Shown here: positions 1-8,600 of the stretch, piece by piece
How the letters are laid out: the number at the start of each line of letters is the position of its first letter
How positions within the stretch are numbered: position 1 is the stretch's first letter
Virus record (IMG/VR): IMGVR_UViG_3300025451_000044
Coordinates: 1 to 24,305 of that record
From: a virus
Taxonomy: Duplodnaviria > Caudoviricetes
Direction: 5' to 3' (one strand)
DNA length: 24,305 nt
The notes under the pieces: model-generated
Databases searched by the model: none
The model's input: the letters and a program-made list of their open reading frames with translations, nothing else
What the model was told of the DNA's origin: nothing
Made by a program: the position numbers and the translations under genes

Positions 1-12
1 AAGGGAAGAAAA

Positions 13-297
13 TTGCCACCCGTTGAAGATGTAGCAGTACACGATAAAGTAAAGATTGGCTCAGACTTCCGATATGGATGCCATAGCTCACGCAATCCAA
101 AGAAGTCTAGTGGATACTACGCACTAACCCGTAGGTATCGTGGCAATGGCACGTTCAGCATAGAAAACGTGTACATACCACACGCTAACACAACCAGGTG
201 TCGCAGCTTTGCGCTATGGGATACAGACCCTGCTTGTGCTGGTTGCCAGTCAGAGCGAGATATTGAGTATCGAGATAAGTGTCTAGCGCTTAGGTGA
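13..297 (+). CDS. Hypothetical Cys-rich phage protein, possibly Zn-binding, convergent with the late operon
   Basis: 94-aa ORF with TTG start and purine-rich AAGGGAAG upstream; YGCH and C-x11-CAGC motifs; ends at the terminator hairpin. The true start may lie outside the window. Confidence 0.6.
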   Translation: MPPVEDVAVHDKVKIGSDFRYGCHSSRNPKKSSGYYALTRRYRGNGTFSIENVYIPHANTTRCRSFALWDTDPACAGCQSERDIEYRDKCLALR

Positions 298-323
298 AAA
301 AAAGACCCTCGCTAGGAGGGTCT
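297..323 (-). terminator. Rho-independent terminator ending the late operon
   Basis: AGACCCTC-gctag-GAGGGTCT inverted repeat with an A7 run at 297-303 (U-tract on the minus strand), between convergent genes. Confidence 0.85.
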
Positions 324-368
324 AATCATTACACCAGGAGAGAGGCGGCAATGAACAAGCGAAGTATA

Positions 369-590
369 TCAGCATCTACCGTTATGCCTCCGAAATGCCG
401 CTTGCTCTAACTCATGGTCATCTCTGCACTCAGCAGAACAATAAATTTTGTCGCCTTCTACAATGTCATTGCAGTAGTGGCATCTACCAGTTCGTTCACG
501 CTTAGGCTTTTTGCTTCTGGCTTTGGCAATCAATCTTTCACGCTCTTTGCTTTCATTCTCTGAAGCGTTGTCTAAAAAGTCTGCGCTCAT
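369..590 (-). CDS. TraR/DksA-like small zinc-finger protein
   Basis: N-terminal DxxDxA motif (DFLDNA) followed by a charged helix and CHYC-x10-CSAEC; ATGA overlap with the Rz stop. Confidence 0.7.
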   Translation of the reverse strand: MSADFLDNASENESKERERLIAKARSKKPKRERTGRCHYCNDIVEGDKIYCSAECRDDHELEQAAFRRHNGRC

Positions 591-1015
591 TGAACCTCAC
601 CCTGATCCTTAATCCAGCCCTGCAAATCGACTAATTGCTGGGTTGTTTCTGCGCATTTGATGGCCAAGTCTGGGGCAACAGAAACATAGTAGGCGGTGGC
701 TTGAGCAGCGTTTGTGGCGGTATCGGGAATTGCGGACATGGGGCCGCTACTGTTGTCGCGCAGCCGCTGATAAGTGCCGCGAATAGTATTAAGGTTAGCC
801 TCATGAGATACCTCTGCTTTCTTTGTGATTCGATTTTGCTGTTTGGTAATCAGGTTGACTTTATCTTGCTGCGCTTTGACAGCCGCTGCCACATCAGCCT
901 TATACTCAGCAAAGTTGTTTCTTTCACGAAGATAAAGCATCCAGCCGCCAGCAACCACAGCGAGAGCAATAAGAACAGCAGCAACCCGATACAACAACGG
1001 CAAAGCCATAAACAT
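587..1015 (-). CDS. Rz: Inner-membrane spanin (Rz-like i-spanin)
   Basis: Single N-terminal TM helix (VAAVLIALAVVAGGWMLYL), periplasmic coiled coil, C-terminal C..TTQQLVDLQGWI typical of Rz; directly after the endolysin. ATG 1015 preferred over GTG 1027. Confidence 0.88.
   Translation of the reverse strand: MFMALPLLYRVAAVLIALAVVAGGWMLYLRERNNFAEYKADVAAAVKAQQDKVNLITKQQNRITKKAEVSHEANLNTIRGTYQRLRDNSSGPMSAIPDTATNAAQATAYYVSVAPDLAIKCAETTQQLVDLQGWIKDQGEVQ
631..804 (-). CDS. Rz1: Outer-membrane lipoprotein spanin (Rz1-like o-spanin) fully embedded in Rz
   Basis: Manually translated, absent from the ORF track: MRLTLILFAALISG|CATTVAAPCPQFPIPPQTLLKPPPTMFLLPQTWPSNAQKQPSN (57 aa). Lipobox ISG-C, Pro-rich mature part, GAGG Shine-Dalgarno 6 nt before ATG, alternative frame inside Rz. 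Confidence 0.9.
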   Translation of the reverse strand: MRLTLILFAALISGCATTVAAPCPQFPIPPQTLLKPPPTMFLLPQTWPSNAQKQPSN

Positions 1016-1019
1016 TGTT

Positions 1020-1478
1020 TTATCCACCCAAACATTTTATAAATTCACCTTGTCTGCGCTTGGTCAGACCAGGCAATACTTGATTGCCCATCTTGTTCCA
1101 TCGCAGGATTTCGTAACAAGCACCAGCATAATCTTCTTTGTTCAGCTTCTTGACCAGCGTTGACCGGCAAAAAGCACCTGAGCCGATATTGTATGCCAGA
1201 CTTACGAAAGCATCATACTCATATTGATGCAATGGCACTTTCACGCATTGCTTGATCGCGCCTTCAAACTGGTTTACGTCAACAAGGGCGCGGTTCGCAG
1301 CCGCCACAGGGTTTGTCCGATCTCCAATCTTGACTCCATCAGTAGAACCAAAACCGATAGTAGGCACATCGCCAGGAACGGGAATATAAGCATTTTCTTT
1401 GTACCCTTCATAAGTAAGGATGCCGACAAATGCAGCCGCTGACAGGCTTAGTGCTGCAATCTGGTTACGTTTCATCAT
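1020..1478 (-). CDS. Endolysin, GH24 (T4/P21-type) lysozyme with probable SAR domain
   Basis: YEG...GDVPTIGFGST, YDAFVSLAYNIG and LPGLTKRRQGE motifs; weakly hydrophobic Ala/Ser-rich N-terminus (RNQIAALSLSAAAFVGIL) directly before the catalytic Glu. Start at ATG 1478 overlapping the holin TGA. Confidence 0.93.
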   Translation of the reverse strand: MMKRNQIAALSLSAAAFVGILTYEGYKENAYIPVPGDVPTIGFGSTDGVKIGDRTNPVAAANRALVDVNQFEGAIKQCVKVPLHQYEYDAFVSLAYNIGSGAFCRSTLVKKLNKEDYAGACYEILRWNKMGNQVLPGLTKRRQGEFIKCLGG

Positions 1479-1678
1479 ATGTTTTTCTGTGCAACCAGCC
1501 GCGCAACAAACGCGCAACAAACGCAAGCGAATGACAAACCGGCAAAAATATGGCGAGGCATAGCGTCAGCATAAAAAGGCAAAATGACTTCCAAGCCAGA
1601 TAAAACGCCAGCAAGAAAAATGAAGCGTAGCGACCAAGACCGCTTGAGAATTTCGCGCCAGTTGTCATAAAGCCTCAC
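1475..1678 (-). CDS. Holin-like small two-TM membrane protein
   Basis: 67 aa, two hydrophobic segments, NWREILKRSWSLR N-terminus and ARLVAQK C-terminus; immediately upstream of the endolysin with ATGA coupling. Confidence 0.75.
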   Translation of the reverse strand: MRLYDNWREILKRSWSLRFIFLAGVLSGLEVILPFYADAMPRHIFAGLSFACVCCAFVARLVAQKNI

Positions 1679-1923
1679 TTGTCAACCTTACTATCAAGCT
1701 TACTGTCTATGGAATCAAGTTTGGCAAACAAACGCTGAACAACCCTGTCAAACTCGTGTCTGGTTACATAGTTACCAGCCACTAAAACTTCAATCTCGCC
1801 AACACGTTTGGCAAGTTCCTGATCTTCTTTCTGAAGGTCTTTGGTTGCTTGCCAAACGGCGTTAAGTAGAAAGCCAAGCACCGCACAGAACCCTGATAAT
1901 ACCCAATCGTAAAATTCTTGCAT
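1675..1923 (-). CDS. Lysis-cassette membrane protein (one N-terminal TM plus coiled coil; holin/antiholin candidate)
   Basis: 82 aa, hydrophobic residues 7-25 then heptad-rich tail (YVTRHEF...KLDSIDSKLD); first gene of the lysis cassette. Confidence 0.65.
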   Translation of the reverse strand: MQEFYDWVLSGFCAVLGFLLNAVWQATKDLQKEDQELAKRVGEIEVLVAGNYVTRHEFDRVVQRLFAKLDSIDSKLDSKVDK

Positions 1924-1965
1924 GGCTTTCTACCTAGTTGTTTAAGCTATTCGAATTTTATCAAA

Positions 1966-2283
1966 TTATGCCCAAATACGACGAGGTTGTGTAGGTGTGA
2001 CTGAAAAAGGTTTTAGCGGCCCAGCATCCTCACCATCCATCACACGAACATTCACATGGAAACCCTCAAGAGGAATAGGCTCTGGAGGATTCTCTGGGTC
2101 TACGATGTCTTGCTTTTCATACAGAACACCAAGCACATCAATGTTCTTGTAGTTAGCTACTTCGTAGCCTTCAGAGGCTTCGATGCCCATTTCAGGATCA
2201 GCTTCTACAGCACCTTCGATGTGATACAGGGTAGCTTTAGCTTCAGCTTCGTCTGTGAATTTCAAGTACATATCATTAAACAT
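1966..2283 (-). CDS. Hypothetical acidic protein associated with the fibre module
   Basis: 105 aa from ATG 2283 (MFNDMYLKFTDEAEA...GFHVNVR...PTQPRRIWA), AAGG upstream; overlaps the HNH stop by 8 nt. Confidence 0.75.
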   Translation of the reverse strand: MFNDMYLKFTDEAEAKATLYHIEGAVEADPEMGIEASEGYEVANYKNIDVLGVLYEKQDIVDPENPPEPIPLEGFHVNVRVMDGEDAGPLKPFSVTPTQPRRIWA

Positions 2284-2776
2284 ATTTGTATACCTTCCCA
2301 ATTTGGATTGCACGAATAGCAGTCGGTGTTATTCCATATTCATCGGCAAGCTCTTTACGCGCTTTTGAAGTTAATCCGATAGAACGTATGATGCGAATCT
2401 GTTCATCTGTAACGTTTCTGAAACGACCAACGATATGCCCATTAATTGTTTCCAATTTTCGCACCGCAGCTTGTTTCTTTGAACGTAATTTTTTGTTCCA
2501 CCGTCCATCATCAACAGACATCTGTACGTTTTCTTGCCTAGTACCTACGCGCATATGATTTGGGTTAACACAACATCTGTTGTGGCACAGGTGCATAACA
2601 TCCATGTCTTTATCAACAGACCCACGGAACCACTGGTAAACAACCCTGTGAGCAAGAGAGCCAAGTGCCGCCCCGTACCCCAATCGATTAATCGAACGAA
2701 GCCACAACCAACACCCTGACATAGGCTCACGTTCAACTAGGTTGTCTATGTTTTCAGGATAGATAACTCGTTTCAC
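2276..2776 (-). CDS. Free-standing HNH (homing-type) endonuclease with C-terminal HTH
   Basis: SGCWLW, AHRVVY, VMHLCHNRCCVNPNHMRVGTRQEN nuclease motif; C-terminal LADEYGITPTAIRAI helix-turn-helix; GTGA overlap with the upstream gene. Confidence 0.92.
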   Translation of the reverse strand: MKRVIYPENIDNLVEREPMSGCWLWLRSINRLGYGAALGSLAHRVVYQWFRGSVDKDMDVMHLCHNRCCVNPNHMRVGTRQENVQMSVDDGRWNKKLRSKKQAAVRKLETINGHIVGRFRNVTDEQIRIIRSIGLTSKARKELADEYGITPTAIRAIQIGKVYKYV

Positions 2777-4041
2777 GATGTAATCCCCTGTAGTTCGGTG
2801 TTAGATAGGCGTTTCGGATAAAAAGCTAGGCGTTTGATGGTGCCGTTGAGTTGGCCTCCTGAATTTCCATCTCTTACTCCACCAATCCGTATTTGCTCAA
2901 TCGCTGGAGATATGGCTGGCAATCCAGAAGTATCAGTAGCAACAGTTGCACCATTCGTTGAAAATCCGAAATCGTTTGTCTTGTATGCAGACGCGAACTT
3001 TAACAAAGTGCCTGTGTTAGACCCGCTGGTCAAATCGGACTGGTTTACATTGGCGTTTTTAATTTGTGATTGCGGCACATTAAAGCCGTTTATAATAATG
3101 TTTATTATACTTTCGACATTGCTTGTTGGAGATAGCTGAAAGAAATGCCTGAATGAGCCACTGTAGTTTCTATTTGTCTCAACCTGGCCCTCACTATAAA
3201 GCGTCCCCTCATCAGCCCTATACCAAGATGAGAAGTTTGAGCCTGTCATACTCGCAGTATCAGCACTACGAGTTACTTGGCTGGCAACTGTTGGGATGTA
3301 GCTTGTGGGGAAAGCACCGACTTCTAGCTGTGCGCCCCAGAGGTAGATGCCGGATGTGCCGTCGCCTGTGTAGGAGCGGTCACCAAACGTAGTTGAACCC
3401 GTTGCCGTCTGGAAACCGACATATAGCGACGACCCGCCCGTTGCCGTATTAAACCCAATGGAGCACCTAAACCAGCCATTGCCAACGCTGGTAATGTTGG
3501 CTTCAGCACCAGAAGAAATAGCCCCCACGCTTCCGGCTGACAGGTTAAAGAAGGCTCCAGGGAAAGTCCCCGCTTTTGTCCTTGCTTCAAGGTACACAAA
3601 AGACCGCTCGGCGGCTTTCACGTAAATACTAGAAACACACGCTGTGTTATCCGGTAGGGTTGGGAACTGTTCAAACCGATGAACGGCATTAGTAGCAGTC
3701 TCAATCAACTTCTCTGCGGTCAGCGCACCATCTGGCGCGGTCGCTGTGTTGGCGGTGACCGTTGATCCTGACTTCACCCAAGCCGCATTATCAAACTGCT
3801 CCGAATAAGTAAGCAAGTTACTCCGCTGCTCCTCAATCAGTAACCCTTTGCTCTCACCAGTGATAGGATCATGGTCAAAACGTGCCACACCAGCGGCTGC
3901 TGTTTGCAGTACGCCGTTGGAGTCAAAATAAGTACCTGTAGAAGCACGAGAGAATGTCACACGAGGATCAAGCTGCTTTGTGTTGGCAAAGTCGAGTAGG
4001 AGAGATGGACGAATGACTGGGTAGTTTGCAGAAATGGTCAT
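2773..4041 (-). CDS. Virion fibre/spike-associated protein with carbohydrate-binding (CBM-like and ConA/LamG-like) domains
   Basis: LLLDFAN..LDPRVTFSRAS, GLLIEEQRSNLL.YSEQFDN..W, GNGWFRC, WGAQLE.G.FPTSYIPT, and C-terminal LNGTIKRLAFYPKRLSNTELQ LamG-type ending; follows the fibre gene. Confidence 0.7.
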   Translation of the reverse strand: MTISANYPVIRPSLLLDFANTKQLDPRVTFSRASTGTYFDSNGVLQTAAAGVARFDHDPITGESKGLLIEEQRSNLLTYSEQFDNAAWVKSGSTVTANTATAPDGALTAEKLIETATNAVHRFEQFPTLPDNTACVSSIYVKAAERSFVYLEARTKAGTFPGAFFNLSAGSVGAISSGAEANITSVGNGWFRCSIGFNTATGGSSLYVGFQTATGSTTFGDRSYTGDGTSGIYLWGAQLEVGAFPTSYIPTVASQVTRSADTASMTGSNFSSWYRADEGTLYSEGQVETNRNYSGSFRHFFQLSPTSNVESIINIIINGFNVPQSQIKNANVNQSDLTSGSNTGTLLKFASAYKTNDFGFSTNGATVATDTSGLPAISPAIEQIRIGGVRDGNSGGQLNGTIKRLAFYPKRLSNTELQGITS

Positions 4042-4050
4042 TTTTGTTCC

Positions 4051-5238
4051 TTAAGCCAGTGTCAGTGTAGCACTACGTACGGTTCCATCTGAACCCTTTA
4101 CCTTTACAACCAGTGTGGTGTTGTTGGTTAATTCAAACGTCATGTCACCTATACCTGCCGGTGTTGCGCTTGCTTGTGGCTTTAGCACAACAGCGTTTGA
4201 TGATTGAAAAGCCATATCACCGAGGAATCCATTAACAGGAACCTCATTCGGCGCTGTGCCAACATCTGCCTGGTTCAATACTGGCAAGTTATTTTCTTGC
4301 AATGTAGTAAAGTTGCCAGATGGACCGCTAATTGTTTTGTTGGTAAGTGTCTCGCTGCCAGCTAATGAGGCCAAATCAGCATCAGTAACTGCTGTATTAA
4401 ATTGAGCTAACGTTCCTGATACTGTGTTGCTACCCAATGCAATTGTCTTGGCTGTCAGTGTCTGCGTATCGCTAGTTCCTACAACTGCACCAGTAGGGGC
4501 TGTTTTATTTGCAAATGCAGCCAAATCAGCATCATAAGCCTGTACAGTTGATCCAATGTTTGCGGCACGAAGTACATTAGAGCCAGAAACTGATAAGTTT
4601 GTGCCATCAAACACAAGATTTGAGTTGCCTACAATCTTTTTGTTTGAGTCAAGATACTGAACCTGGTTAGCAGTACCTTGCACAAACGTCATTGTTCCAG
4701 CGTTGACTGTTACTGTGTCGCCAGAGGCATTGCCTAAAGTGGTATTACCAGTCAGCGTTAAATCAGTTGCGTTAATGCCGTTTAGGAACGTCACGCCAGA
4801 CGCATTGAACTTAAATTGTGCTACACCATTTGCAACAAACGTCACTTCATTTGTTGCAGAGCGATATAGGCCAGTTGTTAAGTCAGAGCCAAAGCGAAGC
4901 GCCGGAGCAGATAGTGAGCCATCAGGGAAAATGCCTTGCCCAATACCGGCCTCTGTTTCTGCGTAGCTATTAATCAGTTCAGCTGCCTGGTTCGCCAAGT
5001 CACGAATATATGACTGGCTAGGCACAATAACGTAAGCCTGTGCAGATTGCGTTGCGCCAAGATAGTTTGAGGCCAGCGTAATTGAAGTATTGCTGACAAT
5101 TGCAGCAATCTCGTACAAACGACCATCTGGGCCGTAAATTGCCTCACCTACGCCAGCATTAGCAATCCAAGCAGTGCCTGAGCCAGTAACGGCTGTTGAT
5201 CCGTTAGTTACAGATATTGTTCCTGTGCGATACCACAT
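4051..5238 (-). CDS. Side tail fibre protein
   Basis: N-terminal MWYRTGTISVTNGSTAVTGSGTAW virion-anchor motif; G/T/A/N-rich shaft with TQTLTAKT and SETLTNKT repeats; located after the tail tip and chaperone. Confidence 0.8.
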   Translation of the reverse strand: MWYRTGTISVTNGSTAVTGSGTAWIANAGVGEAIYGPDGRLYEIAAIVSNTSITLASNYLGATQSAQAYVIVPSQSYIRDLANQAAELINSYAETEAGIGQGIFPDGSLSAPALRFGSDLTTGLYRSATNEVTFVANGVAQFKFNASGVTFLNGINATDLTLTGNTTLGNASGDTVTVNAGTMTFVQGTANQVQYLDSNKKIVGNSNLVFDGTNLSVSGSNVLRAANIGSTVQAYDADLAAFANKTAPTGAVVGTSDTQTLTAKTIALGSNTVSGTLAQFNTAVTDADLASLAGSETLTNKTISGPSGNFTTLQENNLPVLNQADVGTAPNEVPVNGFLGDMAFQSSNAVVLKPQASATPAGIGDMTFELTNNTTLVVKVKGSDGTVRSATLTLA

Positions 5239-5239
5239 A

Positions 5240-5671
5240 CTAGGCTCCTTCGCTTGGCGGTGTAGGCCAAATTATAACATTAGGGTAATCAGGTTGTTGC
5301 GTAATATCAAGCAAGTCTTGTCTATATTGCGCCCATGATTCTCGTTCCTCTTGAGTCATTGCATCGTACCAAATAGGACTAATTCTGTCTGGGCCAGAAG
5401 AAAGCAATTGATCCCTTAAAAATCTTGCTTTTATATCTGAAATTGTATAATTAAAAACCCATTGTTTACTATCATAATTAAATTCATAATCATCGCCAGG
5501 TTTTTCTGGCATTTTACAAACTAAATTATTGTCAATGTAATCAAGATTTGGATTTGAATTTACATTCAAAATAAGCTCGCCATCATTTGCCTGTAAATCA
5601 AAAGTTTCATTTTGGCAAACGCCACTTCGCAATACTTTTCCGTTTGGCAAATATACTGTAAAAGGAGTCAT
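5240..5671 (-). CDS. Tail fibre assembly chaperone
   Basis: C-terminal RDQLL...WAQYRQDLLDITQQPDYPNVIIWPTPP motif characteristic of phage tail assembly chaperones; ATGA-coupled to J. Confidence 0.8.
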   Translation of the reverse strand: MTPFTVYLPNGKVLRSGVCQNETFDLQANDGELILNVNSNPNLDYIDNNLVCKMPEKPGDDYEFNYDSKQWVFNYTISDIKARFLRDQLLSSGPDRISPIWYDAMTQEERESWAQYRQDLLDITQQPDYPNVIIWPTPPSEGA

Positions 5672-8600
5672 TTTTTCATACCTTGAACATAAAGACCAAT
5701 ATCAGTAAATCCAACTGTTCTTGCTGGATTTCCAGCCGTTGCTGTTTTTCTTGATTTCAGTATAACTGTTACATAACCAGCGTTGCAATAACTTGCTCCA
5801 GATCCAGAAATAGATGTAGCATAAGAATCGCCAGTCCATACTCTACAAACCTGCACTCCATTAATGTAAATATAATGTTCTGTTGCAGCAATTCCTTCTG
5901 GATAACCTTGATTTCCATTAAAAGTTGCGTAAACCCATCCAGCTTTATTTAGATAAATAGTTAGAGTTGCAACATTTTGAAAATAAGTTTGTAAATAATA
6001 TGCGCCACCTGTTGTTGCTGTTGGAACTGTTACTGCATTTCCTGCAATCTGTAATGTATCTACAGCCAAATCTGCAATTACACCACTTGCAGCAGTAATA
6101 GTACCAGTAGCAAGTCGTCTGGCAGTAATAGACCCATCGACAATCAGCGATCCATTTATGCCAACTCGATATGCACCATTGACATATCCCATGCCAAACA
6201 TTTGGCGAGGTGTGCCGTCAGAAGGATGGTAAACATTAAATACGTCAGCCAAAACAGTAAAACTGCTGTAGCTTTGGCCTCCGCTATTTAGTGCAATACC
6301 AGCAACCTGCCCACCGGCATTAACCTGTACGCCCCACTTCGCGTTAAGCCCTGTAATCGCGTTTGCGCTTGCTGATGCAGAAACTTTAACTGCCGCAAAG
6401 TCACCAGTGTCTAAACGTGCTTGAACATTGGTAATTTGAGTCGCATTGGCTGAGTCAGCATTAGCGCGAGCCGTTGCTTCTGTCTGGATTGCGGCAGTAT
6501 TGCTATTAACTGTCGCAGTCAGAGAGTTAATGCTAGTCGTTAAAGCACTATCAGCAGATACGCGAGCGTTTTGCTCAGAGATAATATAAGCCTCTACATC
6601 AGCAATGTCGCCATCAAGACGAGCCGCCAGTGTATTACGCGCGGAGGCTTCTGCTGAATCAGCGTTAGCGCGAACCGTTGCTTCATTAGTAATTGCAGCT
6701 TCAAGTGTTGAAACATCGTTGTCAACAGAGACTGCAAGAGCTTGGCGAGCCGAAGCCTCTGCCTGGTCTGCCGCTAGACGAATAGCAGCTTCGTTGACGA
6801 TAGAGCCATTGACGGTTGCCAAGTCGCTCTCGATTTGTGCGGCAAGTTCTTCACGAGCAGTAGCTTCTGCCTCGTCAGCAGTTACACGAGCAGTTTGTTC
6901 GTTAGTGATTGAAGCAGCAAGCTCGGCATCAGCAGTTTCAAGCGCAGCGCCTAGTGCCAGTCTAGCTTCTGCCTCAGCCAACGTTTTACCATCTGTGTAA
7001 GCGCGTAAGGTCTCATCTGCAAACGCAATAGCACCTTGTGTCAGGTTAAAGTTGCGTTCTTCTGTGAACAGATTGCGAAGCACAGCTTCTGCTGCCAAAT
7101 CCTGCTCTTTATACAGATAACGTACATCTTCAACAGTGCGCGTAATTTCAGCGCCGTTAATTGTTGACAGCGTTTCTTCAGCAGTAGTAACGCGAGCGCC
7201 AAGGTCATCAAACTCTGTATTACTGACTTTAGTAACAATCTCGCCCTCTAAAGCATCAATATCAATTTCTGCTGTAGATAAACGAGCATCAATGCCGTTT
7301 ACTGTCGTTAGGCTTGCCTTAAGGCCGATTGCCGTTTCAGCCGCGTCCAAGTCAACTTCGACTGTAGATACACGAGCGTACAGGTCATCAAGATCTGCAA
7401 TCTGGCTTGGGTCAATGACTGCATCAACAATTGCTTGGTCAACATAGGCTTGGGTTGCTCGTAAGGCAATCTGTGCGTTTGCAGCATCAAGGTCTGCCTC
7501 AACAAGGTTTAGTTGGCCTTGCAGATTGTCAACACCAAATATACGAACGGTTCCAGTGCCTTCATCAATATAGATTCCAGCGCCTGTAATCATAGTTTCG
7601 TGCTTATCAATAAGCACTGCTGCACCTAGCAGATTATTGGCAATCGTATCTGTATCTGTGTAAAGCGTATTAATGTCACCATCATGTACGTTTACTTTAG
7701 CAATTAGACCATTTGGGATTTCTGGGTAAGCAGGATTACCACCAATGTCAATTAAGTCAATTCGTTCATTCAGACCGGCAGCAATCTGGTCTGTATTGAT
7801 AGCTCCAAATAGAATTGAAAGCAAGTATTGAGGATCATCGCTAGGAGAACAAGCTACGCCAGCAGTCGCAGATTCTGGATACCAATCAGAGTAGTTGCCA
7901 TTTGCATCAACCAAACGAATCCAGTAGTACCAAGTTTGAGCTACATCCAAACCTGTATGGCTATACGTTGTAGCAGGAACTGCAACATTAGCGATCAAAG
8001 ATGCTTCGCTTCTATTGTTTGAAGCCATTACGCCCCAGATTTCGACAAAAGCAACGTCAAATCCAGTAGTTTTATAAGACCAGGTTAAGATATTTTCAAA
8101 AAAGCCGCCAACAGCAGTCAATGTCATAACTGCGTCTGGGTTTTGAATTACTGGAGTTACAGTGACTTGAGCAGCGCTATCAGGAGGGAACGATGACAAA
8201 TCAGAACCAACGGCTGAAACGGCAAATTTAAGTGCCTTACCGTTAAGGTCTATCGGGTCGCCATTTGCATCTGTAAATATGTATTCATTAAATGCAATGT
8301 AGGTAAGTTCTGTCGTTTCTTTAAGTAAACGCCAGCCGTTTGTATCTTGATAATAAATCTTGTAGCTATATGCTGTACCACCAGCATAAGGATTGCTCCA
8401 AGAGAGCGTAACCGTAATACTAGGTACTTTGTTGGCATAAGTAATCTGGTAAGAGCCTTGCAAAGATGTAACAGGACCTGGTGTTGTTTTATTCGCCCCT
8501 GTTGTACCGCCACCGTTACCGCCTGTCCAGTTTCCACCCCAAGGATCTCTATCTGGGATTTCCTCTGTATCTGCTGTGTAGATTGCTGGCGCGTAAGGGA

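Noticed and set aside
850-1035. 61-aa hydrophobic alternative-frame ORF containing LAAGC, a possible Rz1
   Set aside because: The signal region is too long and Cys-rich and mirrors the Rz TM codons; the 631-804 ORF has a proper RBS, lipobox and Pro-rich body.
635-1042. 135-aa plus-strand ORF and the other short plus-strand ORFs throughout the window
   Set aside because: Antisense to well-supported genes, with no RBS or protein-like motifs.
1479-1526. N-terminal extension of the endolysin in the ORF track
   Set aside because: Lies inside the holin; the ATGA-coupled start at 1478 is more plausible.
2773-6130. Diversity-generating retroelement or invertible fibre cassette
   Set aside because: No reverse transcriptase, invertase, template/variable repeat pair or flanking inverted repeats seen in the window.
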